Positions 18,201-31,907 of a stretch of 64,000 nucleotides of DNA are shown one piece after another (positions within the stretch are counted from its first letter, which is position 1; each line of letters starts with the position of its first letter). The stretch is taken from positions 4,526,001-4,590,000 of the forward strand of contig OZ024742.1 in assembly GCA_964016885.1 (NCBI GenBank), written 5' to 3'. Below the pieces are notes generated by a model that saw only the letters and a list, made by a program, of their open reading frames with translations, did not search any database and was not told the DNA's origin. Source of the DNA: Eledone cirrhosa. Taxonomy: Eukaryota. The position numbers were made by a program, and so were the translations under genes.

Positions 18201-21200
18201 TTTCTCTGTGTTACTTGCTCTAACTATATTACCAAATATATCTCTTTTCTCTGGGTTACTTGCTCTAACTATATTACCAAATATATCTCCTTTCTCTGGG
18301 TTACTTGGTCTAACTATATTACCAGATATATCTCCTTTCTCTGGGTTACTTGGTCTAACTATATTACCAGATATATCTCCTTTCTCTGTGTTACTTGCTC
18401 TAACTATATTACCAGATATATCTCCTTTCTCTGGGTTACTTGATCTAAGTATATTACCAGATATATCTCCTTTCTCTGGGTTACTTGGTCTAACTATATT
18501 ACCAGATATATCTCCTTTCTCTGGGTTACTTGGTCTAACTATATTACCAGATATATCTCCTTTCTCTGGGTTACTTGGTCTAACGATATTACCAGATATA
18601 TCTCCTTTCTCTGGGTTACTTGGTCTAACTATATTACCAGATATATCTCCTTTCTCTGGGTTACTTGGTCTAACGATATTACCAGATATATCTCCTTTCT
18701 CTGGGTTACTTGGTCTAACTATATTACCAGATATATCTCCTTTCTCTGGGTTACTTGGTCTAACGATATTACCAGATATATCTCCTTTCTCTGGGTTACT
18801 TTGTCTAACGATATTACCAGATACATCTCCTTTCTCTGGGTTACTTGGTCTAACTATATTACCAGATACATCTCCTTTCTCTGGGTTACTTGGTCTAACT
18901 ATATTACCAGATACACCTCCTTTCTCTGGGTTACTTGGTCTAACTATATTACCAGATATATCTCCTTTCTCTCGGTTACTTGGTCTAACGATATTACCAG
19001 ATATATCTCCTTTCTCTGGGTTACTTGGTCTAACTATATTACCAGATATATCTCCTTTCTCTGGGTTACTTGGTCTAACGATATTACCAGATATATCTCC
19101 TTTCTCTGGGTTACTTGGTCTAACTATATTACCAGATATATCTCCTTTCTCTGGGTTACTTGGTCTAACTATATTACCAGATATATCTCATTTCTCTGGG
19201 TTACTTGGTCTAACGATATTACCAGATATATCTCCTTTCTCTTGGTTACTTGCTCTAACGATATTACCAGATATATCTCCTTTCTCTGGGTTACTTGGTC
19301 TAACTATATTACCAGATATATCTCTTTTCTCTGGGTTACTTGGTCTAACTATATTACCAGATATATCTCCTTTCTCTCGGTTACTTGGTCTAACGATATT
19401 ACCAGATATATCTCTTTTCTCTGGGTTACTTTGTCTAACGATATTACCAAATATATCTCCTTTCTCTGGGTTACTTGGTCTAACTATATTACCAGATATA
19501 TCTCCTTTCTCTGGGTTACTTGGTCTAACGATATTACCAGATATATCTCCTTTCTCTGGGTTACTTGGTCTAACTATATTACCAGATATATCTCCTTTCT
19601 CTGGGTTACTTGGTCTAACTATATTACCAGATATATCTCCTTTCTCTGGGTTACTTGGTCTAACGATATTACCAGATATATCTCCTTTCTCTTGGTTACT
19701 TGCTCTAACGATATTACCAGATATATCTCCTTTCTCTGGGTTACTTGGTCTAACTATATTACCAGATATATCTCTTTTCTCTGGGTTACTTTGTCTAACG
19801 ATATTACCAAATATATCTCCTTTCTCTGGGTTACTTGGTCTAACTATATTACCAGATATATCTCCTTTCTCTGGGTTACTTGGTCTAACGATATTACCAG
19901 ATATATCTCTTTTCTCTGGGTTACTTTGTCTAACGATATTACCAGATATATCTCCTTTCTCTGTGTTACTTGGTCTAACGATATCACCAGATATATCTCC
20001 TTTCTCTGGGTTACTTGGTCTAACTATATCACTAGATATATCTCCTTTCTCTGGGTTACTTGGTCTAACGATATTACCAAATATATCTCCTTTCTCTGTG
20101 TTACTTGCTCTAACTATATTACCAAATATATCTCTTTTCTCTGGGTTACTTGCTCTAACTATATTACCAAATATATCTCCTTTCTCTGGGTTACTTGGTC
20201 TAACTATATTACCAGATATATCTCCTTTCTCTGGGTTACTTGGTCTAACTATATTACCAGATATATCTCCTTTCTCTGTGTTACTTGCTCTAACTATATT
20301 ACCAAATATATCTCCTTTCTCTGGGTTACTTGGTCTAACTATATTACCAGATATATCTCCTTTCTCTGGGTTACTTGGTCTAACTATATTACCAGATATA
20401 TCTCCTTTCTCTGTGTTACTTGCTCTAACTATATTACCAGATATATCTCCTTTCTCTGGGTTACTTGATCTAAGTATATTACCAGATATATCTCCTTTCT
20501 CTGGGTTACTTGGTCTAACTATATTACCAGATATATCTCCTTTCTCTGGGTTACTTGGTCTAACTATATTACCAGATATATCTCCTTTCTCTGGGTTACT
20601 TGGTCTAACGATATTACCAGATATATCTCCTTTCTCTGGGTTACTTGGTCTAACTATATTACCAGATATATCTCCTTTCTCTGGGTTACTTGGTCTAACG
20701 ATATTACCAGATATATCTCCTTTCTCTGGGTTACTTGGTCTAACTATATTACCAGATATATCTCCTTTCTCTGGGTTACTTGGTCTAACGATATTACCAG
20801 ATATATCTCCTTTCTCTGGGTTACTTTGTCTAACGATATTACCAGATACATCTCCTTTCTCTGGGTTACTTGGTCTAACTATATTACCAGATACATCTCC
20901 TTTCTCTGGGTTACTTGGTCTAACTATATTACCAGATACACCTCCTTTCTCTGGGTTACTTGGTCTAACTATATTACCAGATATATCTCCTTTCTCTCGG
21001 TTACTTGGTCTAACGATATTACCAGATATATCTCCTTTCTCTGGGTTACTTGGTCTAACTATATTACCAGATATATCTCCTTTCTCTGGGTTACTTGGTC
21101 TAACGATATTACCAGATATATCTCCTTTCTCTGGGTTACTTGGTCTAACTATATTACCAGATATATCTCCTTTCTCTGGGTTACTTGGTCTAACTATATT

Positions 21201-23905
21201 ACCAGATATATCTCATTTCTCTGGGTTACTTGGTCTAACGATATTACCAGATATATCTCCTTTCTCTTGGTTACTTGCTCTAACGATATTACCAGATATA
21301 TCTCCTTTCTCTGGGTTACTTGGTCTAACTATATTACCAGATATATCTCTTTTCTCTGGGTTACTTGGTCTAACTATATTACCAGATATATCTCCTTTCT
21401 CTCGGTTACTTGGTCTAACGATATTACCAGATATATCTCTTTTCTCTGGGTTACTTTGTCTAACGATATTACCAAATATATCTCCTTTCTCTGGGTTACT
21501 TGGTCTAACTATATTACCAGATATATCTCCTTTCTCTGGGTTACTTGGTCTAACGATATTACCAGATATATCTCCTTTCTCTGGGTTACTTGGTCTAACT
21601 ATATTACCAGATATATCTCCTTTCTCTGGGTTACTTGGTCTAACTATATTACCAGATATATCTCCTTTCTCTGGGTTACTTGGTCTAACGATATTACCAG
21701 ATATATCTCCTTTCTCTTGGTTACTTGCTCTAACGATATTACCAGATATATCTCCTTTCTCTGGGTTACTTGGTCTAACTATATTACCAGATATATCTCT
21801 TTTCTCTGGGTTACTTTGTCTAACGATATTACCAAATATATCTCCTTTCTCTGGGTTACTTGGTCTAACTATATTACCAGATATATCTCCTTTCTCTCGG
21901 TTACTTGGTCTAACGATATTACCAGATATATCTCTTTTCTCTGGGTTACTTTGTCTAACGATATTACCAGATATATCTCCTTTCTCTGTGTTACTTGGTC
22001 TAACGATATCACCAGATATATCTCCTTTCTCTGGGTTACTTGGTCTAACTATATCACTAGATATATCTCCTTTCTCTGGGTTACTTGGTCTAACGATATT
22101 ACCAAATATATCTCCTTTCTCTGTGTTACTTGCTCTAACTATATTACCAAATATATCTCTTTTCTCTGGGTTACTTGCTCTAACTATATTACCAAATATA
22201 TCTCCTTTCTCTGGGTTACTTGGTCTAACTATATTACCAGATATATCTCCTTTCTCTGGGTTACTTGGTCTAACTATATTACCAGATATATCTCCTTTCT
22301 CTGTGTTACTTGCTCTAACTATATTACCAGATATATCTCCTTTCTCTGGGTTACTTGATCTAAGTATATTACCAGATATATCTCCTTTCTCTGGGTTACT
22401 TGGTCTAACTATATTACCAGATATATCTCCTTTCTCTGGGTTACTTGGTCTAACTATATTACCAGATATATCTCCTTTCTCTGGGTTACTTGGTCTAACG
22501 ATATTACCAGATATATCTCCTTTCTCTGGGTTACTTGGTCTAACTATATTACCAGATATATCTCCTTTCTCTGGGTTACTTGCTCTAACGATATTACCAG
22601 ATATATCTCCTTTCTCTGGGTTACTTGGTCTAACTATATTACCAGATATATCTCCTTTCTCTGGGTTACTTGGTCTAACGATATTACCAGATATATCTCC
22701 TTTCTCTGGGTTACTTTGTCTAACGATATTACCAGATACATCTCCTTTCTCTGGGTTACTTGGTCTAACTATATTACCAGATACATCTCCTTTCTCTGGG
22801 TTACTTGGTCTAACTATATTACCAGATACACCTCCTTTCTCTGGGTTACTTGGTCTAACTATATTACCAGATATATCTCCTTTCTCTCGGTTACTTGGTC
22901 TAACGATATTACCAGATATATCTCCTTTCTCTGGGTTACTTGGTCTAACTATATTACCAGATATATCTCCTTTCTCTGGGTTACTTGGTCTAACGATATT
23001 ACCAGATATATCTCCTTTCTCTGGGTTACTTGGTCTAACTATATTACCAGATATATCTCCTTTCTCTGGGTTACTTGGTCTAACTATATTACCAGATATA
23101 TCTCCTTTCTCTGGGTTACTTGGTCTAACGATATTACCAGATATATCTCCTTTCTCTTGGTTACTTGCTCTAACGATATTACCAGATATATCTCCTTTCT
23201 CTGGGTTACTTGGTCTAACTATATTACCAGATATATCTCTTTTCTCTGGGTTACTTGGTCTAACTATATTACCAGATATATCTCCCCTCTCTCGGTTACT
23301 TGGTCTAACGATATTACCAGATATATCTCTTTTCTCTGGGTTACTTTGTCTAACGATATTACCAAATATATCTCCTTTCTCTGGGTTACTTGGTCTAACT
23401 ATATTACCAGATATATCTCCTTTCTCTCGGTTACTTGGTCTAACGATATTACCAGATATATCTCTTTTCTCTGGGTTACTTTGTCTAACGATATTACCAG
23501 ATATATCTCCTTTCTCTGTGTTACTTGGTCTAACGATATCACCAGATATATCTCCTTTCTCTGGGTTACTTGGTCTAACTATATCACCAGATATATCTCC
23601 TTTCTCTGGGTTACTTGGTCTAACGATATTACCAGATATATCTCCTTTCTCTGGGTTACTTGGTCTAACTATATTACCAAATATATCTCTTTTCTCTGGG
23701 TTACTTGCTCTAACTATATTACCAAATATATCTCCTTTCTCTATGTTACTTGCTCTAACTATATTACCAGATATATCTCCTTTCTCTGGGTTACTTGATC
23801 TAAGGATATTACCAGATATATCTCCTTTCTCTGGGTTACTTGGTCTAACGATATTACCAAATATATCTCCTTTCTCTGGGTTACTTGCTCTAACGATATC
23901 ACCAG
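9237..23905. repeat. 45-bp tandem array (~326 units) with higher-order repeats
   Basis: Unit gatatatctcctttctctgggttacttggtctaac(t/g)atattacca. Diagnostic variants recur at 1.5-2.0 kb and ~3.5 kb spacing. Only three single-base indels seen (~10150, ~11090, ~14600). Confidence 0.98.
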
Positions 23906-24107
23906 AGACTTTATACATGCTATTGGTTAACAAAATATTTTGTTCCAACTTAACACCAGCTCAATTAACAGTTTGTTACTTCGTTTTCATTATTGCTGTT
24001 ATTTCGCCTTATTGGTTAGCGTGTTGGGTTTAGAAGAGTTTGAGTTCGAATCCGGGATCATTTCTGTTCTTTCTTCTTTTTTAGTTTTCTTTATATTATT
24101 ATTATTT

Positions 24108-24321
24108 ATGGTGTATTGGCAGTATACGTAGAGGGTCGGACGCCATGCTTTGACGCATAGAGTTACGGCCCTTTATGATCTGAGTTCAAATCCCGCCGAG
24201 GTTAAATTTGCCTTTCATCCTTACAGAGTCGATAAAATAAAGTACCAGTCACGCACTGGGTCGATTTAATCGACTTTCCCCTCCCCCCAAATTACTGGCC
24301 TTGTGCCTATATAAGAAACCC

Positions 24322-24362
<41 letters not shown>
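24108..24362 (+). mobile_element. Near full-length SINE family A with (TTA)n tail
   Basis: tRNA-like head (tggcag...gagttcaaatccc), central gcctttcatcc...gtcgataaaataaagtaccag, then ggccttgtgcc...agaaac and (tta)n. Confidence 0.85.
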
Positions 24363-27300
24363 GGCGACCTACATAGGAAATCGTATTATCGTGAGCTCCG
24401 CAAAGATTTGTTGTTTTCAGTTGTTTAAAATTGCCATTTACGGAAAATCTTTATTGTTAACTGTATATAAGTGCACATACATTGTTTTCTGAAAAGGACA
24501 CTCAAAAAGATTGGGGCCTTGAGCCCAAAATTTAAACTTTTATAATTATCAAACAAAAATTTCTTTGAAAAAATCATGGACGACTCACTGTCACACCTTC
24601 CTCACAAACTAACACCTCACACCGTACCAGCATTGTAAATATTACTACGTTTGCCAACACTAAAAGTATAAGCAGTAGCAATATTTTAAATTTGTCTCAT
24701 GCAGACATTCATTTCCCGCCATTACCAATGACTACAGGTGTTGAAGCCGCCACCCCCACCACCACCACAGCGACAACAGAAACAAAAGAAAAAAATAAAT
24801 TATCTCGTGACATCGAAATGGATTCACCAAGAATGGACTCTTCCACACCGAACACCACTGACGCCACCACCACCACAACTGAAACTAAAAATAACAAATA
24901 CAAAAATAGCAATAACAACAACAGCAACAACAACAATGAGAATAACATCCTGTCATTTGCGAAGGCAGCCAGGAAATGCGAAACAATCCAGGTAACTCAG
25001 GAGGAATTAGATGAAGCCAAGAGAATGGTAAAGAAAGATGGGTACAGGGTCAGTCCCGCCCCCTCCACCATCACCACCAAATAAAATGGAGCATCGGCGC
25101 CTATGCACCGTGTCTTATCGAACAATTAATATAAAATCGCGCCGAGTGGAACGGGCATCTGAGTCCCAAATCCAAAAGAAAACCTACATCAGACGTGGGC
25201 AGAAATATGGAACCGTGGACGTGTTCTTTGGAACACCACAGGAGGCCAGAGAACACTCCATGGCCCCATTAAGAAGTGACGACTTCACAGTCGTCCCAAG
25301 CTATTGTGGCCAGAGACTCGTGAAGATCAGGGTGACCCACGTTCCACCGGCCATCGAAATTCCCTGGCTAATGGCTGCCGTCCTCGCCGGCATAGAGGCC
25401 AACACCAAGATAATCGAAATAGCGAAAGAAAAGCAGGAGAACTGGTCCGGAGCTGGGATGGAGCTCCTGATTCAAGCGTACCAAAAAAGCATTGAGGAGA
25501 TCCCAGATGTAATAGACCTCACTGACGGCAGCCACCTCACCGTAATCGTCGAGGGCAGAAGGCCTAGGTGTGTTGTTTGTGGTGAAAGAACCCACCTAAG
25601 GGCTTTCTGCCCTCAGGCTAAAAGGTTGAGGCCACCTCTCTTACCCACCCCAGTGACTCAACCATCAACACCACCAGCAGCAGAAATGGCAGCAACAACT
25701 GTAGCAGCAACAACAGAAGCAATTCTAACAGCAACAACCCCAGCAACAGTAGGAAAACCAACACCACCACCACCCAACGCGCTAGAACTAGCACCAGCGC
25801 CTACACCATCCACCACGCCACAACCAAAACCAACGCCTGTGGAGGATTTTCCACTCCCCGAGCTATCGCAACTGGAGATAGATTGTGACGACGAGGAGTG
25901 GGAAACGGTATCAGGAAAAAAAAAAAAAAAGAGAAGCCAAAAAAGAAAAAATCCACTTCCTTCCCCCTCCTAAAACAAAATACAGAGAGAAACAAATAAA
26001 CTATCAAACAAAAGAGTTAGGACAGCTATGCCACCATCCACACCAGCATCACCAACCCCATCACCACAAACACCAACACCATCACCATCATTAACCCCAA
26101 CACCAGCATCACCAACACCACAAAAGTCACAAAGAAGCGAAACAGGAACAAACCCACAGCAAACGCAAACAAAACAAAACAACCAAAACGATACACACTA
26201 CACAGCATTAAATTTGAACAACAACCATTCTGAGTTCAAATCCCGCCGAGGTTAACTTTGCCTTTCATCCTTATGGGGTCGATAAAATAAAGTACCAGTA
26301 ATGTACTGGGTAATTGCTGGCCTTGTGCCAAAAGTAGAAACAATTAAATTTGAACAACAACCAATTATTACACTACATCCAACACAACACCAGCATCACA
26401 GAAAAAGACTACACAACACTCCAAAAGTTCACACGACTTCCACACATACAAATCACTCGCATTACACAGAAAACGTACTCGACACTAAAACAAAAATTCC
26501 CCAAAGACATCGGAGACTGCCGACAAGCACTCTCCAGGAGGATTTATAAGGACATCCTTCCGGAGGAGGCCACAAGCAATGAAAAGTATGGAAAAACCAT
26601 CCTTCCTCTACGAGAAGTAAAGTAAGTGGTCTTTCCCGTCTTCTCCACTCCATTTCAAGATGACTTCACTCAGAATAGGCAGCATAAATGCGCGTGGCTT
26701 GGGGTCGTCATGGAAGCAGGGCCACCTGCTCAACGACCTCAGGTCACTAAACATAGATATAGTGGCCATCAGCGAGACCAGAATCTCCGAAGCACGGGCC
26801 TTCGCACCGATCTTCGGAGGCTACGATGTGTACGCATCTCCCAGCCGTCCTGTGATTTTTCGGAGAGGTTTGGATCTCGCCATACGGGCCATCTTCCTGG
26901 ACGCAGAAGGTAAGTTGGTGGTCCTGGACGTGACCAGCGGAGACGGGCAAACTTTCAGTCTAGTGGCCGTCTATGCCCCGACAGGAGCAGGGCGGCCTGA
27001 TTTCTTCCGGCGTCTGGAGACCTTTCTTGGAACGTCCCGCACTTTAGTGTTAGTGGGCGACTGGAACGGGATCTTAGATGCACGCTGGGACTGTGTGGGA
27101 TTAGCGGATAGAGGAGGAGGGTGCAAGAGGCTCACCAAGCTGCTCAGGCGTTTTGAACTGTCTGACAGGTACCGATTGGATTTCCCGAATGTGCCAATGT
27201 GGACTTGGACAAACCGCATAGGGTCATCCAGATCATATCTAGATTGAGTATTTTGTAGAGAAATAGATAGGGATAGCATAGGCTGTCCACAATTCAAGAT

Positions 27301-29340
27301 AGTCAGTTACACGGACCACAAATTCGTGATCTGTGTGCTTGACTTCATAGACGAGGACCCGGCTACTGGAATCTAAACGCGTCCTTACCAGAGCGCAAGT
27401 TCTACAGAGACCGGATTAGCGAACTAGTTAAGCGGGCGTTGACGGAGGCCATCGTCAACAACAAGTTGTGGTTTGCTCTGAAAAGAACGATTAGAATAGA
27501 GTCTATTAGGTTTAGTAAGGCTTTAGCAATAGAGAAAAATAGAGCAGAGGGAGAACTAGTTAGAAAATTAGACGAGGCGCTTAGCAAAGGCATCGCGACC
27601 GACGTACTTGCGGCGAAATTGGCCCTTGAACAATTCTTCAATGCAAAGCATGAAGGCTGCGTTGTCAGAGCTAGGGTGCGTGCTCTCAGACACGAGGGGA
27701 CCAAAGCCGTTCAATGGGCCTGAGTGGCGGAGGCGCGTCGTGGCAACAAAGCCACGATCCAGTCTTTGGTGGACCACGACGGGCGCATGATACTCGATCC
27801 CGGGCAAATGTGTGAAGCTTTTCAGCGACACTTCGCTCAGCTGTTCGGGGGCAGCGGCGGGCCGGATCGAGGCATGGACTTTAGTGTCTACCTCGACCGA
27901 CTGCGGCGGCTCTGGGCCACTGAGGCGGAGCGTTGCGAAAAGCCGATAACAGCTGCTGAAGTACGGGAGGCAATGACTGGCTGCACAAGGGGTAAATTGC
28001 CTGGTTTCGATGGTCTGCCCTATGAACTTTACGTACAGATGCCAGACTTGTTCGGAGGCCTCTTGGCGGACGTCTACTGCAACTGGCAACAGAACGGGAG
28101 AATTCCCAGCTCTGTGAGCCGAGGAGCGCTGGCGCTGCTGAGAAACGATCCGAACAAGGAGGATAACATAGATCATTTCAGGCCCATAACTCTGCTAAAC
28201 ACAGAGTTCAAGATTTTGGCCAAGGTGCTAGCAAAGAGGTTGGCGCTTGTCGTTGGTGGTCTGGTGGAAGAGGCGCAGACATGCGCCATTCCTTGACTGT
28301 GACATGCGCTCTTCCTCGACTGTGATCAGGTGTGGTTGCCGTTTGCTAGACGATCTTTCCCCAGCTCGTCTTTTTGACGGAGCTGCAGTCCTGGGTCAAG
28401 CGAAGACCGAGAGGGGGCGCTTGGAGACTGGAATGTCTTCAGGCGCTCACAGCCCTCGACCAATCGGGCATTGTGATCGGTGGAAACTCCACCTTGGCGT
28501 TCTATAGAGGATTAGTGGAGGGGAAGAGCGTCCACGAAAATCAACTAGCCAATCTCTTCGGAAGAACTTTCGGGCCGGGGCCTATGGAAATCCCTGGCAT
28601 GGCAGTGCTACCGAGGAGCTTTGCCCGTTCGGGATAAACTCTACATGCATGGAAGTTCCGTGAGCCGGGCATGGCCGAGATGCACGCAGGGCGACGAAAC
28701 CGTCCTGCACGCACTCGTCCAGTGTCCGAGCATTGCTGACTTGTGGGTTTATGTCGAACACCTGCTGTCGCGTGTAGGACGGATCCAGCTATCAGCTGAG
28801 TCCATCGTGAGGATTGCCCCGCCTTCTTCCTTTAGCCGGGAAGGGCAGGCAGTTTTTATCTGTCTGGTGGCCATGGCAAAAGAGATAGTATGGTGGACAC
28901 GTTTGAAAGGGAGAAGACGAGCACTTACCTCTTCGGTGATGCCCTGATTAACTTTTTCAAATTTCATTTGAAAAGGAGAATCAGGGTAGAGAGGGAAGTG
29001 CTCTCTTCCCAGCATTTTGTTGAAAGATGGGTGAGAGATGCAAGAATGGCCCGAGTGAATGGGCCTAATCTGAGTATGTGTCTGTAAATTAAAGGTGGAA
29101 AACTGGGAGAGGGCACTTGCCTTGGTGATCAGGGTCACTGTGGCTTTTTAATGGGCTTTCTCCACGAATGTCCCTCGGAAGTCTCCCCCGTATTGGGGAA
29201 TATTTCATTGTTATTTTTTGTTACATCCTCTGTTTTTGTTTTTTACACGCAGAAATGCACATTTGTACCGTCCTGTATTGTCCTGTACTATCCTTAATGT
29301 CTACTTTATGTAAACCCTTGTGGTTAATAAAGATAGCATT
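24363..29340 (+). mobile_element. L1/Tx1-clade LINE with both ends, internal RT deletion, flanked by (TTA)n
   Basis: ORF1 with CVVCGERTHLRAFC. ORF2 from 26660: INARGL, GDWN, SYLD, FRPITLLN; jumps from QTCAIP (~28294) to the C-terminal region; WPRC...ETVLHALVQC; aataaa then (att)n. Homologous to 4278-8650. Confidence 0.92.
26228..26342 (+). mobile_element. 5'-truncated SINE family A inserted in Tx1 ORF1, 21-bp TSD
   Basis: attaaatttgaacaacaacca at 26207-26227 and 26343-26363. Confidence 0.92.
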
Positions 29341-29361
29341 ATTATTATTATTATTATTATT

Positions 29362-31907
29362 CCTTGAATCTCAGTCATTGATGTTGGTTAACTGGAAAGT
29401 CCGTTGGATTGAATATCAAACCACTACCTGCAGCTTCAGATATTCAGGACGTATCGGAGGGTTCTTGCCGTTCCAAGCAAGCATGCCTTTTGAAGCGTTC
29501 CAAAAAGCGTGAAGGGGCCGATTTTCTTTAACCATCCCTGGAAACCTTTGGAGATAGTCCCCAGTGCGCCTATGACAATCGGGATCACTTTGACTTCATG
29601 GCAGTTCCAAATCCTTTTCACCTCCCACTTTAGGTCCTGGTATCGGTTAATTTTCTCCCTCTCCTTCTCTTGCACTCTCGTGTCGAACGGGCAGGCCACA
29701 TCCACAATCAGGCACGATCTTTTTTCTTTGTCCACAACCACCAGGTCAGGTCTATTGTGTTCCAGTTTTTTGTCCGTCTGTATCCTAAAATCCCACAGCA
29801 CCTTCACCTGACTGTTCTCCATCACCGCCTCTGGCCTATGCTCATACCATTTCTCAGAATGTGGTAGATTGTTTACTTTGCACAGGTGCCAGTGGATCAC
29901 CCTGCCCATCACATCGTGTCTCCAGCCCTTATAGTGGGTCTGGGCTAGGTGTTTACACTCGGACACAATGTGAGCCACAGTCTCCTCTCTCTCTCCACAG
30001 ATCCTGCACAGTGGGCTAGCCTCCTCCCTGTAGATATGGTGCTTCAACCACTTCGTTTTGAGGGCCTGCTCCTGCGCAGCCATTAGCATTCCTTCTGTAG
30101 CCTTTTTGAGGTCTCCTCTTCTCAACCAGTTCCATGTCTGTGGATCTCTAAATTCAGTTTTCTCAAAGAAGGTACTATGAAGGGATTTTCCCTTAAGGCT
30201 GCTCTTCCTCCTTGATGTTATTTCCTCCTTGGATATCCCCTGGCCTACTGTCCCCTCCTTCAGTACAGCTCTGAGCATTGGCTCCTTACTATAGGTCACG
30301 TATTTGTATAGGTTGTTTTTCTCCATCTGAACACAGTCCTCTATGCTGATAAGACCTCTTCCACCCTCAGATCTCCTTAGGTAGAGTCTATCGACATCAC
30401 TCCTCTTGTGGAACATGTTGTAGATAGTCAATAGCTTCCTAGTCTTCCTATCCATTTCTTTTTGTTCAGCAACATTCCATCTCAGAATTCCCGCACTGTA
30501 CCTAATAATAGACACAGCTCGGGAATTTACTGCGCTTATGGCATTTCTGCTGTTCAGATGTGACTTCAATACGCTCCTTACTCTCCGAATGTATTCAGTT
30601 CTTAACAATTCCTTCATTTTTTTGTTCTTTATGCCATCAGCCTCCAGAACGCCCAAATACTTGTATCCTTCCTCAGAGTCAATTTCCTTTATCATCTCAC
30701 CTGTTGGTATCTGGATCCCGTTACTTCTGCTCAACCTACCCCTCCTCATCACAATGACTCCACATTTACCAATACCAAACTGCATACATATATCACTGCT
30801 GAAAATACGGACAGTGTCAACAAGCACATCCAACTCCTTCTCACTTTTCCCGAAGAGCTTAAGATCGTCCATGAAGAGGAGGTGATTGATGGTAAGCTCT
30901 CCCCTTCCCAACTTGTATCCTGCTCTCACTTTTCGCAGCATAATGGTCAAGGGCATCAGGGCAAGGACAAACAACAGAGGGGACAGGCTATCTCCCTGGA
31001 AGATACCTCTCTTGATCTTCACGCTTCCCAAGGATACTCCAGTTGATGTCAACTCTGTCTCCCAGGACCCCATACTCCTGCCCAGCAACTGTCTGATGTT
31101 ATCCGCCACCCTGAAGATCTCCAGGCTTTTGGTGATCCAGGAATGAGGCACCATGTCAAATGCCTTTCTGTAGTCTATCCATCCCATGGCAAGATCAGTG
31201 TGTCTCCTCCTGCAATTCCCCATTACCATCTTATCAATAAGCAACTGGTCCTTTGTACGACGTGACTTCTTTCGGCATCCTTTCTGTTCGTCCGGTAACA
31301 AGTTGTTTGTGTGGAGGTGATGGCAGATTTCCTCAGACACAATGCTCGTCAACAGTTTCCACATTACGGGCAGACATGTGATAGGTCTATAGTTGGTAAC
31401 ATCATTACCCTTGATTCGGTCTTTCATTATCAGAACTGTGGTACCTTTTGTCAACCACTCTGGCACCTCACCCGACACCAAGCAGTCATTGAACATGGCC
31501 GTCAGCTTCGGGTGGAGGGATGTTAAATGTTTAATCCAATACCCCTGCACACCATCTGGGCCTGGTGATTTCCAGTTGGTTAGTTTTTTGGCTTGCCCCT
31601 TAAGAGTTTCAACTGTGATACTCAAATCAGTCTGTTGTTGTGCCTGCTCACCGATCTCCCTCTGTACTGTCTCAATCCACCCTGCCTGGGCATTGTGTCT
31701 AACATCCTGCTCCCATATTCCTCTCCAGAATGTTTTAGCTTGTTCCGCCCCAGGGATCAAGTCGTTGCCTCTTTCTTTCCCCTCAAGCTGTCCAAACAGC
31801 ATCTTCTGGTTGTTGTCGAACATGCGGTTCTGTTTATACTGACTGACTCTGTTCTCGTATCGCCTGATTTTGGCACTCTTTGCTACAATGCGTTGCTTCA
31901 ATTCCTC

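Noticed and set aside
9237-23905. CRISPR-like array
   Set aside because: Units are head-to-tail with no unique spacers, there are no cas genes, and the context is eukaryotic.
24108-24200. tRNA gene
   Set aside because: The A/B boxes belong to a SINE head; no cloverleaf.
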